Under the pieces are notes generated by a model, which saw nothing but the letters and a program-made list of their open reading frames with translations, was not told the origin of the DNA and searched no databases. A program made the translations under genes and the position numbers. Of a stretch of 64,000 bases of DNA, positions 8,800-17,959 are shown in pieces. Position 1 is the stretch's first letter, and each line of letters begins with the position of its first letter. This stretch comes from an uncultured Christensenella sp. (lineage in GTDB: Bacteria; Bacillota; Clostridia; Christensenellales; CAG-917), in assembly GCA_910577815.1 (NCBI GenBank), contig CAJTNO010000003.1:178431-242430 (forward strand), in the 5' to 3' direction.

Positions 8800-10491
8800 A
8801 TGGGTAGCGATTTATTTGCACTTTCCGCACTTGCGCAAGAGCTTAACGCCGCGCTTAGCGGAGCAAGAATAGACAAAATACAACAGCCCGAGACCGACGA
8901 GCTGCGTTTTTTTATGCGCAGCGGAGGCAAAAACGTTTGTCTTGTAGCATCCTGTAACGCTAACGTACCAAGACTGCATTTGACCGATAGCAGAAAACAA
9001 AGCCCTATGACCGCGCCCAACCTGTGTATGCTGCTAAGAAAGTATCTGATAAACGCCTCGGTTGATAGCATCGGCGTATATAATTCCGACAGGATAATAT
9101 ATATCAAGATAAACGCAAAAACGGAAATGCGCGACGACGCGTCGTTTTATCTGTTTGTAGAGATTATGAACAGATATTCCAACATTGTCTTCACCGATGA
9201 AAATCTTATAATTCTCGACGCGGTAAAACATCTGCCCTTAGACTCGGCGCGAGAGCATATTGTAGTGCGCGGAATAAAGTATTCGCCCGTAGCACAACCG
9301 AAAATCAGTTATCTAAACGACTATTTCAGTATTTTTGACAGCTATAACGGAAACAATTTGAAAAAGTTTATACTTGACAACATATCCGGCTTTTCGGGCG
9401 CTACCGTCACGGAGCTGTTGACAAGAGCAAGCATTGACGAAAACGTAAACGAGCTTAGCGCGGATATGCTTGAAAAACTACAAAACGAAATAGAATGCTT
9501 CCGCAGTCATAGCGACCTTACGCCCTGCATAATCAACGGAAACGTATATCCCACGGTTTACCGCAGCTTAGCCGAAGGAGCAGACATTCTTAAATTCAAC
9601 ACTATGAGCGAGGCATACGACGCACTCAACACTAATATAGACAATGAAATACGAAATAAAGTAAGACTCAAAGGAATTTCAAACCGGGCAAAGCGACTTC
9701 ACGCGAGAGTGGAAAAGAATATTCAGATAGACCTTGAGCATCTGAAAGAATGCGAAGCTATGGACAAATTCAGGATTTTCGGAGAACTTATAGTTAGCAA
9801 TATTTACAAGCTAAATCGCGGCGATACCGAGCTTGAGTGCACCAACTACTATGATAACACTATTGTAAAAATTCCGCTTGACGCAAAGCTCTCTCCTTCA
9901 AAAAACTCCGCGGCTTACTATAATAAGTACAATAAACTTAAAAGGACAAAGGAGTTTGCAGAAAAAAAACTCGTTGACGACAATAATCTATTGTCATACG
10001 TTTGCTCCATCGAGGATGAAATTGCAAGCCTGCCCTACGGCGCAAGCATAAAGCCAATAGAGGACGAGTTGTCCGCGCTTGGCGGAGGCATCAAGAAATC
10101 GTCAAAGAATAAGGTACGCAAGGAACAGGCAGAGCCTCCCTATGTGTATTTGGTGGACGGTTTTTATATTTATCGCGGGAAAAACAATCTTCAAAACGAA
10201 GAAATTACTTTTAAGCTTGCATCGTCCTGCGATATTTGGATGCATCTGAAAAACGACCACGGCGCGCATACCGTTATCATTACCGAAGGGAGAGAAGTTC
10301 CCGACAAAGTAATTAAAATAGCAAGCGAGATTACGGCAAGCACAAAGCAAGCATCTTCAAACGTTGACTATACCGCGCGTCGGAATGTTAAACGTCAGCC
10401 GAACGGACACCCCGGACAGGTCATTTACGAAAATTATAAAACCGTTTTGGCAACGCCCGACAGCCATAGCGAGTATTTGATAAAATCTTAA
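8800..10491 (+). CDS. rqcH: ribosome quality-control protein RqcH (NFACT / FbpA family)
   Basis: 563 aa. NFACT-N start (..LNAALSGARIDKIQQPETDELRF..), a coiled-coil middle, and a C-terminal NFACT-R/DUF814-like region (DIWMHLKNDHGAHTVI). Confidence 0.85.
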   Translation: MGSDLFALSALAQELNAALSGARIDKIQQPETDELRFFMRSGGKNVCLVASCNANVPRLHLTDSRKQSPMTAPNLCMLLRKYLINASVDSIGVYNSDRIIYIKINAKTEMRDDASFYLFVEIMNRYSNIVFTDENLIILDAVKHLPLDSAREHIVVRGIKYSPVAQPKISYLNDYFSIFDSYNGNNLKKFILDNISGFSGATVTELLTRASIDENVNELSADMLEKLQNEIECFRSHSDLTPCIINGNVYPTVYRSLAEGADILKFNTMSEAYDALNTNIDNEIRNKVRLKGISNRAKRLHARVEKNIQIDLEHLKECEAMDKFRIFGELIVSNIYKLNRGDTELECTNYYDNTIVKIPLDAKLSPSKNSAAYYNKYNKLKRTKEFAEKKLVDDNNLLSYVCSIEDEIASLPYGASIKPIEDELSALGGGIKKSSKNKVRKEQAEPPYVYLVDGFYIYRGKNNLQNEEITFKLASSCDIWMHLKNDHGAHTVIITEGREVPDKVIKIASEITASTKQASSNVDYTARRNVKRQPNGHPGQVIYENYKTVLATPDSHSEYLIKS

Positions 10492-10501
10492 GATTGCAAT
10501 T

Positions 10502-10527
10502 AAAAATCACCGCAAGCGGTGATTTTT
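10502..10527. terminator. bidirectional intrinsic terminator between rqcH and rluD
   Basis: aaaaATCACCGcaagCGGTGATtttt: a GC-rich hairpin flanked by an A-run and a T-run. Confidence 0.8.
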
Positions 10528-10560
10528 AGTTTAATTAGTTTATATAATGATAATAAATTT

Positions 10561-11463
10561 CTATTGAGAGGTTTTATCAAGCTTATCCAAAACCGCACTG
10601 AAATATTTAGGTAGCTCACAGGTAAAGCTCATACACTCACCCGTGTGCGGATGCGTCAGTATAAGCTCGGCAGCGTGCAAAAGCTGTCCGTTATTATATA
10701 GTGCTACAGAGCCTCCGTAAACAGTATCGCCAACTATCGGATGATGTATACTGCTTGCGTGAACTCTGATTTGATGCGTTCGTCCTGTTTCCAATTCGAA
10801 TCTTACTAAAGTGTATTTTCCGTAACGCTTAACTACAGTATAATGAGTAACCGCCCTTCTGCCGCCTTCGACGACCGCCATTTTCTTTCGGTCCTTTTTA
10901 CTGCGCGCAATAGGAGCGTCGACAACGCCGCTATCCTCTTTAAAATTACCGTCGCAAAGCCCCAAATAAATTCTACGCGCCGACTTTTTTTCTATCTGCC
11001 CCGCAAGACTTTTATGCGCTTCGTCATTTTTTGCAACCACTATAAGCCCCGAAGTGTCTTTATCAAGCCTATGCACTATGCCGGGACGTATTACACCGTT
11101 TATCGAACTGAGACTGTCGAGATTATAAAGCAAAGCGTTTACGAGCGTATCCGTTTTAGTATAGGAGCCTGCCTGATGCACAACCATACCCTGCGGCTTG
11201 TTTATAACGGCAAAATATTCGTCCTGATAAACTATATCGAGCGGAATATTTTCCGCCTTGATTTCAAGCTCCTTAGGCGCAGGAGGCTCGAAATCCACAA
11301 TATCGCCGCTACGCAGCTCGTAACCGCTTTTAAAACGCAAAACGCCGTTGACGGATATGCCAAGCCTTTCTATACAGCTTTTGGCATTGGAGCGAGATAT
11401 TGCAAACTTATCCGCAATAAACACATCCAGTCTTGTCTTATCCGTATCAACCGAGTATTTCAT
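10561..11463 (-). CDS. rluD: RluA-family 23S rRNA pseudouridine synthase (RluD-like)
   Basis: 300 aa. N-terminal S4 domain, catalytic motif HRLDKDTSGL, GRTHQIR. Confidence 0.9.
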   Translation of the reverse strand: MKYSVDTDKTRLDVFIADKFAISRSNAKSCIERLGISVNGVLRFKSGYELRSGDIVDFEPPAPKELEIKAENIPLDIVYQDEYFAVINKPQGMVVHQAGSYTKTDTLVNALLYNLDSLSSINGVIRPGIVHRLDKDTSGLIVVAKNDEAHKSLAGQIEKKSARRIYLGLCDGNFKEDSGVVDAPIARSKKDRKKMAVVEGGRRAVTHYTVVKRYGKYTLVRFELETGRTHQIRVHASSIHHPIVGDTVYGGSVALYNNGQLLHAAELILTHPHTGECMSFTCELPKYFSAVLDKLDKTSQ

Positions 11464-11481
11464 ATATACTTTAAATAAATT

Positions 11482-12264
11482 CTATTGAACGTTAATATTC
11501 GATTTATCATCGCAATTCAAATCGCTTTTTGCATCCTCTGTAAAGGCGCCGTTTTCGCTACTTGCAATTTGCGGCTCTGCCTTTCGGCATTCCTCTGTTT
11601 TAGTCGAAGTCGGCTCCTCAAAGGTATAATCGTTTTCGGATTTCATCATAGGATTTAATGCTATAGGCGCTTCGAGCGGGTCGCTTGTCGCTTGCTGAAC
11701 TGTATTTTTTTGTTCCTCCTCAAACGCCTTTCGGTTCTTTTTCCCCTCGGTTACAAGCATAACTATAAGCACAATGACAAGCATAAATACGCCGACGGTC
11801 ACGAAGGAGTCCGCAATATTGAAAATAGCAAATTCATCCCAAAACGCGAATTTTATAAAATCGCGAACATAGCCAAGCCCTATTCTGTCAACAAGATTGC
11901 CGATACCGCCGCCTACTATAAACAGTAACGATACTCTAAGCCACATATTTTCCTTTTGAGCAAGGATAAGATAGATAAGAACGGCAACTATGACGATTGT
12001 TGTAATAACGGTCAGCGCAGTGGTATTTCCCGCAAACAAGCCGAAGCCCGCGCCGGTATTTTCAGTATATGTAAGAGTTATAAAACCTTTTATCAGAGGA
12101 TAGCTCTGACCGTTTTGCGTCATTAAAAACTCAACCGCGTATTTTTTTGTAAGCAAATCCGCAAGCAGAATTATGCCGAGCACGGCAAGCTCTATGAGCA
12201 TTACCCACCAGCGTTTTTTTATAACGTCGATAACGTCCTTCCTCGTAATCTTTATTTTAGCCAT
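11482..12264 (-). CDS. lspA: lipoprotein signal peptidase II with ~90-aa acidic C-terminal extension
   Basis: 260 aa. NTGAGFG, GNLVDR, FNIADS motifs. The core ends near aa 170 and is followed by a hydrophilic tail. Confidence 0.9.
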   Translation of the reverse strand: MAKIKITRKDVIDVIKKRWWVMLIELAVLGIILLADLLTKKYAVEFLMTQNGQSYPLIKGFITLTYTENTGAGFGLFAGNTTALTVITTIVIVAVLIYLILAQKENMWLRVSLLFIVGGGIGNLVDRIGLGYVRDFIKFAFWDEFAIFNIADSFVTVGVFMLVIVLIVMLVTEGKKNRKAFEEEQKNTVQQATSDPLEAPIALNPMMKSENDYTFEEPTSTKTEECRKAEPQIASSENGAFTEDAKSDLNCDDKSNINVQ

Positions 12265-12275
12265 CGTAAAACCTC

Positions 12276-12680
12276 TTATCTGCGAAGCTGAGGAGGAACA
12301 GTAATAGAAACTCCCTTAGGCGCAAACAAAAAGATATTTTTTGTAATCTGCTGAATGCTTCCGCCGAGCGCGTAAATCGCTCCGCTCATAAAATCGAGTA
12401 TGCGGTATACGGACGTCTGATTGACTGTGGAAAAATCTACTATTACCTGCTCCTGCATTTTGAGATGGTCGATAAGCAGCTGCACATCCTCATAAGTTGT
12501 AGGCGAGTTAATTACAACTCCGCCCGAGCCGCTGAAGCCTGCCGAATACTGCGTATCGTGCGGCTGCGGAGGCTGTGGCTGAGCCTGTCTGCTCTCGCGG
12601 GAAAACAATCGGCTTACGCGACTGCCCGCCAAAGGTCTTTCGTTTATTTCATTTGCTCTGCTGAAATATCTTTCGTCCAT
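12276..12680 (-). CDS. sepF: cell division protein SepF
   Basis: 134 aa. The C-terminal SepF core (..VQLLIDHLKMQEQVIVDF..RILDFMSGAIYALGG..) follows ylmE/yggS. Confidence 0.9.
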   Translation of the reverse strand: MDERYFSRANEINERPLAGSRVSRLFSRESRQAQPQPPQPHDTQYSAGFSGSGGVVINSPTTYEDVQLLIDHLKMQEQVIVDFSTVNQTSVYRILDFMSGAIYALGGSIQQITKNIFLFAPKGVSITVPPQLRR

Positions 12681-12687
12681 ACTTACC

Positions 12688-13368
12688 TCACTGCATCTGC
12701 GCCGTATTTACGGTGCGCTCGCCGAATATACATCTGCCAAGGCGCAGCATATTGGCGCCGTGCCTCAGTGCGATTTCATAATCGCCGCTCATACCCGCAG
12801 ATAAATACTTCATTTCCAAATTAGATTGTTTCAATTCCTTAGCGCTTTCAAACAGCATATAAAGCCGCTCATATAACGCGTGTAACTCGGGAGTATCACC
12901 CAAATTCGGCATAACCGCCATAACGCCCTTTATTCTTATATGGCTGAATTTTTCCATTGAGCGAATAAACTCAATAACACTGTCGGGACTTACTCCGCCT
13001 TTTGAAAGCTCGTTGCCCATATTGATTTCCACAAGACAGCTCTGAATTTTGTTTCTTTTAGCCGCCTGCTTTTCTATTTCGACAGCAAGCTCCTCCCTGT
13101 CCAATGAGTGTATCAGCTCAACCTTGTCAATTATATATTTCACCTTATTTGTCTGAAGCTGTCCGATAAAATGCCACTTATATCTGCCGTCAAACTTTGC
13201 CGTCAGCTCCTGCACTCTATTTTCACCCAGTATAAAATCGGGAGCATATGACATAAGCTCGTCGACGGTCGCTTTAGTCTGAGTTTTGCAGGCGGCTATA
13301 AGCACGACGTCTCTGCCGCACGACTTAACCGCATTGCGCACCTTAGCTAAGTTATCGTACAATATCAT
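12688..13368 (-). CDS. YggS/YlmE-family PLP homeostasis protein
   Basis: 226 aa. A PLP-binding Lys context (IAACKTQ) and the ylmE-sepF gene order. Confidence 0.88.
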   Translation of the reverse strand: MILYDNLAKVRNAVKSCGRDVVLIAACKTQTKATVDELMSYAPDFILGENRVQELTAKFDGRYKWHFIGQLQTNKVKYIIDKVELIHSLDREELAVEIEKQAAKRNKIQSCLVEINMGNELSKGGVSPDSVIEFIRSMEKFSHIRIKGVMAVMPNLGDTPELHALYERLYMLFESAKELKQSNLEMKYLSAGMSGDYEIALRHGANMLRLGRCIFGERTVNTAQMQ

Positions 13369-15065
13369 TTATGCTCACGCTTTATATCGGAATATTTGCC
13401 CGTCGACGTATCGAAGGTAAGCGTATACTCCTCTCCGTCCGATACATACCTTATGCGAATAATGCTCTCATCGGCATATTCGGCTGATTTTATTTTTCCG
13501 CCAAAAGGCTGATAGCTGTCAAGTAAAATCCGCATTTGAGTATCGTCGTATTCTCCTACGTTATCGCTTACAAACAACACCGAGCCGAACATATTGTTTA
13601 TTTTTGCAAGCAGCTTTTTCTGCTGCAAACTGTATTTAGCTTTTTTCAAACCGCCTTCGCGCAAGAAGAAAACGTCGGGGTCGTTTGCAAATATTCTTCC
13701 ATTGAGATGACGGCGGAACACTGCGTTATTCATTGCGTTTTTAGTGGACACTATCTCCTGATTTGTCACGCCGGCATAAAATTTATCCTTGAAGGAAATT
13801 TCCGCGTCGCAGCCTATTCTACAGGCGTCCACAACTCCGAAGGCAGGTCCGAGCGGAACTCCGCAACCAAGTATCAGCTTATCGCCGCAGCACTCGCGCA
13901 AGAAATCCATAGCCTCGCACATCAACTGACCTCTGGATTTTCCGTTTCGCGGATAAATCGCCGCCGAATACAGAAAGTCAAGCTTAACCATATCAAAGCC
14001 CCATTCGTTAAAAACTCTGTCGAACAGCGCCTTGATATATTCGCGCACCTCTTTGTTCTCGTAGTCTAACGCGTAAAATCCGCCCCAGGCTACTCCGCTT
14101 ATAATCGGCTTTCCGTTTTTTCCTTTTATAAGCCATTCGGGATGCTCCTTGACTATATTCGCCTTAAACTGCGCCGAATACGGCGCAAGCCATAATCCTG
14201 CTTTAATTCCCTGTCCGTGTATTTTATCCACTATCGGCTTAAGTCCGTTAGGAAACTTTTTACTATCCACGGTCCAGTCCCCAACCATAGTTTCAAAGCC
14301 GTCGTCTATCTGGAATATGTTTGCAGACTCTCCCGCTCTTTTTAAGCCCTCGAGGTCACGCAATATTATATTCTCGTCTATATTCTGATAGTAGTTATAC
14401 CAGCTCGTATACCCGGCAAAATGCTCCGCTCTGCCTGTGTTTTTAAGCGGATAAGCATTGAAGTACGCGTCAAACGCCTCGTCATAGCTACCGTACGTTC
14501 TGATAAAATTAAACAACTCGTACTCGCCCGTGCAAACTACTCCGTCCGCGTCCTTAACGGCTGCGAGTACGTTTTGGTCCATATCCGCGTAAAAAATAGT
14601 ATATCCCGTGCGTTCGTTAAGCGAGCCGAGAAGCTCCACACCGCTGCCGTTTCGCAGATAGCAATAGGTAAATCCGTGGTATAGATTTTTACCGTACCGA
14701 GTAAAGAAATAATCTCCCGACGCTCCCGCAAACTCCCGTATTTTAGGCAGACTGCAAACTGCCGACAAGCCCTTTTGTATATCGCCGTGCGCATACTCTC
14801 TCGATACAGTCCAGGATTGAAAGCCGTTGGCAAAAAATCTCTCGTCGGTAGCAAAATAATGGTCGTATATTACCTCCGCCGACTTGAGCTCAACAGGCTT
14901 ATCGGATTGCAAAATAATATGCACGCTATCGCAATCTCCGTCCTCTTTTACACTGAATACGCCGTTACTAAAGCCGTCGGCAAGCGTGCAGCCGTCAACG
15001 GTCAGCACACAGGGCTTTCCGTCCGCAACGTAGGTTATCTTAAGAGTATAATCCTTCAAATTCAT
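13365..15065 (-). CDS. GH36-like alpha-galactosidase family glycoside hydrolase
   Basis: 566 aa. FQIDDGF, WGFDMVKLDFLY and ANDPD resemble alpha-galactosidase catalytic-barrel motifs. Its stop overlaps the yggS start by 4 nt. Confidence 0.7.
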   Translation of the reverse strand: MNLKDYTLKITYVADGKPCVLTVDGCTLADGFSNGVFSVKEDGDCDSVHIILQSDKPVELKSAEVIYDHYFATDERFFANGFQSWTVSREYAHGDIQKGLSAVCSLPKIREFAGASGDYFFTRYGKNLYHGFTYCYLRNGSGVELLGSLNERTGYTIFYADMDQNVLAAVKDADGVVCTGEYELFNFIRTYGSYDEAFDAYFNAYPLKNTGRAEHFAGYTSWYNYYQNIDENIILRDLEGLKRAGESANIFQIDDGFETMVGDWTVDSKKFPNGLKPIVDKIHGQGIKAGLWLAPYSAQFKANIVKEHPEWLIKGKNGKPIISGVAWGGFYALDYENKEVREYIKALFDRVFNEWGFDMVKLDFLYSAAIYPRNGKSRGQLMCEAMDFLRECCGDKLILGCGVPLGPAFGVVDACRIGCDAEISFKDKFYAGVTNQEIVSTKNAMNNAVFRRHLNGRIFANDPDVFFLREGGLKKAKYSLQQKKLLAKINNMFGSVLFVSDNVGEYDDTQMRILLDSYQPFGGKIKSAEYADESIIRIRYVSDGEEYTLTFDTSTGKYSDIKREHK

Positions 15066-15111
15066 AAAATCCCCCGAATTTGTGATTTTGAATTACATTA
15101 TAAGTCAGTTA

Positions 15112-15140
15112 ATTATATAACATAGTTTAATAATTGTAAA
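15112..15140 (-). promoter_or_regulatory. sigma-A promoter TTTACA-17 nt-TATAAT upstream of the GH36-yggS-sepF-lspA-rluD gene string
   Basis: Minus strand reads TTTACAattattaaactatgttaTATAAT. The -35 is at 15135-15140 and the -10 at 15112-15117. Confidence 0.6.
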
Positions 15141-15236
15141 TAGCTTGACGGATAAAACGATAAACATCTTTCCGAAGCGCCTCCGAATATCTTAAATATT
15201 TGAAAATCCGTTGCTATGAAATCCGATTATTCCACA

Positions 15237-15269
15237 ATAAAAAATAAGGGAGCGATATAAATCGCTCCC
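15237..15269 (-). terminator. intrinsic terminator after the SSB-like gene
   Basis: Minus strand reads GGGAGCGATttatATCGCTCCCttatttttt. Confidence 0.8.
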
Positions 15270-15313
15270 GACCGACCGCGCCGATAACCCCAAGGCACAG
15301 TTAGTATCGATAA

Positions 15314-15943
15314 TTATTCTTCCACCAAATCAAGCTTGGATACGGAAACCTCGTATGCCGTGCGCTCCTCTACGGTTCCGTCCTCAAGCTGCTTCTGATA
15401 GATACGCGACTGTATGCGTCCCATAATGCGCACTCTTTCGCCTACCGAGAAATTACCCGCATATCTTGCGTTTCTTCCCCAGGCGATGGCGGGAATATAA
15501 TCCGACTTGTTATAAGCTCTGTTTACGGCAATCAGCATATCCGTAATTTCACGCTTGAACGGAGTAGTACGGTACACAGGTTGCTTGCATACAAAGCCGT
15601 CTATCTCTATAGTATTCGGGTCCTCCTCGTCGGGCACGACAAGCTCTCTGACAAACACCCTCAAAACCAGCTTGCTTTTGTTTTCCATAAGCTTGTTATA
15701 GCTGCGGAATTGACCTACAATTCCTATCAGGCTTCCGACCTTAAAGTTATCGCTTTCCATAAGACGCTCAGATACCGTGAGCGGAATTATATCCTCCTGC
15801 CCGGACAGCCTCTTAACCGATATGTTAAGGTCGTAGAATCCTTCCCCCATAATCTCGTGAGAAAACTCCGCTTCGGTCACGACTTTGCCCGTAAGGCATA
15901 CTCTGTTGTTCTGCATTTGTTCGTAGCTCATCTTGTCCTCCAT
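15314..15943 (-). CDS. tandem OB-fold, SSB-like nucleic-acid-binding protein
   Basis: The track ORF starts at 16042, but an internal start (MEDKMSYEQ..., 15943) avoids overlapping the upstream gene. It has two SSB-like OB units; the second ends ..RIMGRIQSRIYQKQLEDGTVEERTAYEVSV.. as in SSB proteins. It has no acidic SSB C-terminal tail motif. Confidence 0.65.
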   Translation of the reverse strand: MEDKMSYEQMQNNRVCLTGKVVTEAEFSHEIMGEGFYDLNISVKRLSGQEDIIPLTVSERLMESDNFKVGSLIGIVGQFRSYNKLMENKSKLVLRVFVRELVVPDEEDPNTIEIDGFVCKQPVYRTTPFKREITDMLIAVNRAYNKSDYIPAIAWGRNARYAGNFSVGERVRIMGRIQSRIYQKQLEDGTVEERTAYEVSVSKLDLVEE

Positions 15944-15986
15944 ATACGGAAATCCGTACGGCTGTATTTTAATTATTTTTTGCACT

Positions 15987-16754
15987 TTAATCAAGGTGCT
16001 GTATTCCGTTATTGTCGATGGTGTAGCCCTCTGTCGCCACAAGCTCGCTCAGGGTAACAAACTCAAAGCCCTGCTCCTTCAGCGCGCTAAGCACAAGCGG
16101 GAGTGCGTCAAGCACGTGGTCGCTGTTGTTGTGGAACAAAACTATATCGCCGCTCTTGGCTTTGGGTACTACTCTGTTGAATATCTCCTTTGCGGAAAGT
16201 CCCTTCCAATCGAGACTGTCTATAGACCATTGAACCCCGACCATATCGAGCTCCTCTATCGCCGACATAAGTCTATCGCTGTAATCTCCGAAGGGAGCGC
16301 GGAAGTAAGTCGGCTTAATACCCGTAAGCTCGTTTACTCTGTCGTTTACGTATTCTATTTCAGCTCGAATTTCATCGTCGCTGAGCTTAGGCATATTCAA
16401 ATGATTGCGCGAATGATTGCCGATGTCGAAGCCCGCCTCTGCGATAGCCTTAGTTTCCTTTTCAAACTTATCCAACCAAAAGCCTACAAGAAAAAACGTT
16501 CCTTTTGCGTCGTACTTTTTCATCGTGTCGATTATGCACTGCGTCTTATCCGCACCCCAGGCGGCGTCGAACGTGAGCGCAATAACCTTTCTCTCGCCCT
16601 TAACCTCAACCCCGTAAACAGGTATTTTTCGGGAGCTTTTTCCGAAAAACACAGCCGCAGTAGACGTTACGCCCAATGTGCAGGCAAGAATAATTCCGGC
16701 AATAGCCAGCGACACAACCGTAATCAAACTTTTCTTTCCGACCGTTATAAACAC
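15987..16754 (-). CDS. polysaccharide deacetylase (NodB homology), PdaB-like sporulation type
   Basis: 255 aa. N-terminal TM/signal anchor, LTFDAAWG, GFDIGNHSRNH, ILFHN motifs. Confidence 0.85.
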   Translation of the reverse strand: MFITVGKKSLITVVSLAIAGIILACTLGVTSTAAVFFGKSSRKIPVYGVEVKGERKVIALTFDAAWGADKTQCIIDTMKKYDAKGTFFLVGFWLDKFEKETKAIAEAGFDIGNHSRNHLNMPKLSDDEIRAEIEYVNDRVNELTGIKPTYFRAPFGDYSDRLMSAIEELDMVGVQWSIDSLDWKGLSAKEIFNRVVPKAKSGDIVLFHNNSDHVLDALPLVLSALKEQGFEFVTLSELVATEGYTIDNNGIQHLD

Positions 16755-16971
16755 TCGTTCACCTCGATTATATATTCGATTTCAACATATATTTAAGCTT
16801 ATTTTGTCGTAATATGTCGAATATCGTCATTACTGAAAATGTATTAAATTCTCCGCGTTTTTAGAACGTATTTTCATACATTTCAGGTGCGCTTATAAAA
16901 TGAATATGCGCCCGGTTTAAGAATTATCCTTATATTTGACTTTATATCGAATGGGCGTTATAATTATTTTT

Positions 16972-17898
16972 ATGAAACGAATAGCAACGCAAAAAAACGG
17001 AATAGGAAAGAGAATTTTAATAAACATTCCGTTTATACTTCTCATAGCGCTTATGACCGCCTGCTTCGGAGGCGGTTTGCTGTTGGTTTTTTATTCTATC
17101 GTATCCGTTATAGCGTTCAATTCCGCAATGATTTATATGATTGTGGCAGGCGCGGGAGCGATACTAATAGGCATAGGGCTTTGCCTTATAGCAGTTTACA
17201 AAAAGTACTGCGCGTTTTATAACAAAAAAATGGGCTGGAAATATGAAAAAGAAGAAAAACCTGTAGAAAAAACGGTTACTTACGCCAACAAGCCCGCATC
17301 TGAAAGGATTAAAAAACTGCTTACCGTCTCAAACGTAGGCATTGCAATACTTGCGCTCGGCTCGGTATTTGCCATTATATCCGCCGCGCTCGGCAGCATA
17401 GACAGAGCCAACTGGGTGAACGCGATAGGCGGATTTAAGGAGCAACGCGGTTATTATACGGACGTAAGAAACGAACCGGTATCCTATCCCATAGCGGGAA
17501 TGACCTCCGCGCAGAAGCCTATAAACCTAATTACAATAACCCAACCGACATCCGGAGAGCGCAAAAAAGAAATAGTCGTGGTATACAGTAAATTGGCCGA
17601 CAGACAAGGACGCATCGAAATCAAGGGCTATAAAAAATTTGAAGGCGATTTCAGCGTATCGCGCAAAACCAATGGCAATAACGATACCGTAACCGTGAAC
17701 GTAGGTAACGCCCCTGCGCTCACCTCGCCGCTTGATAAGCTTCTTTTCTTTGTGTTTGACGATTATATTGTAGAAAAGCAAATTTACATATACATTCCCT
17801 ACAGCGAAAAAGATAACATAGCAGTAGACGAAGCGGACAGGATATTGTATGAAAAATCGGACGGAACCATTGATAATAAAACTATGATTATAGGTTAA
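16972..17898 (+). CDS. hypothetical membrane protein (3 TM helices plus extracytoplasmic C-terminal domain)
   Basis: The track ORF begins at a TTG (16936). ATG at 16972 (MKRIATQKNG..) is the more likely start. No family recognised. Confidence 0.65.
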   Translation: MKRIATQKNGIGKRILINIPFILLIALMTACFGGGLLLVFYSIVSVIAFNSAMIYMIVAGAGAILIGIGLCLIAVYKKYCAFYNKKMGWKYEKEEKPVEKTVTYANKPASERIKKLLTVSNVGIAILALGSVFAIISAALGSIDRANWVNAIGGFKEQRGYYTDVRNEPVSYPIAGMTSAQKPINLITITQPTSGERKKEIVVVYSKLADRQGRIEIKGYKKFEGDFSVSRKTNGNNDTVTVNVGNAPALTSPLDKLLFFVFDDYIVEKQIYIYIPYSEKDNIAVDEADRILYEKSDGTIDNKTMIIG

Positions 17899-17919
17899 AT
17901 CAAAAATATGAATAAATTA

Positions 17920-17949
17920 AAAAAGTCCGCAGAAGCTGCGGACTTTTTT
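17920..17949. terminator. bidirectional intrinsic terminator between the membrane-protein gene and icd
   Basis: aaaaaGTCCGCAgaagcTGCGGACtttttt. Confidence 0.85.
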
Positions 17950-17959
17950 AATATCTCAA

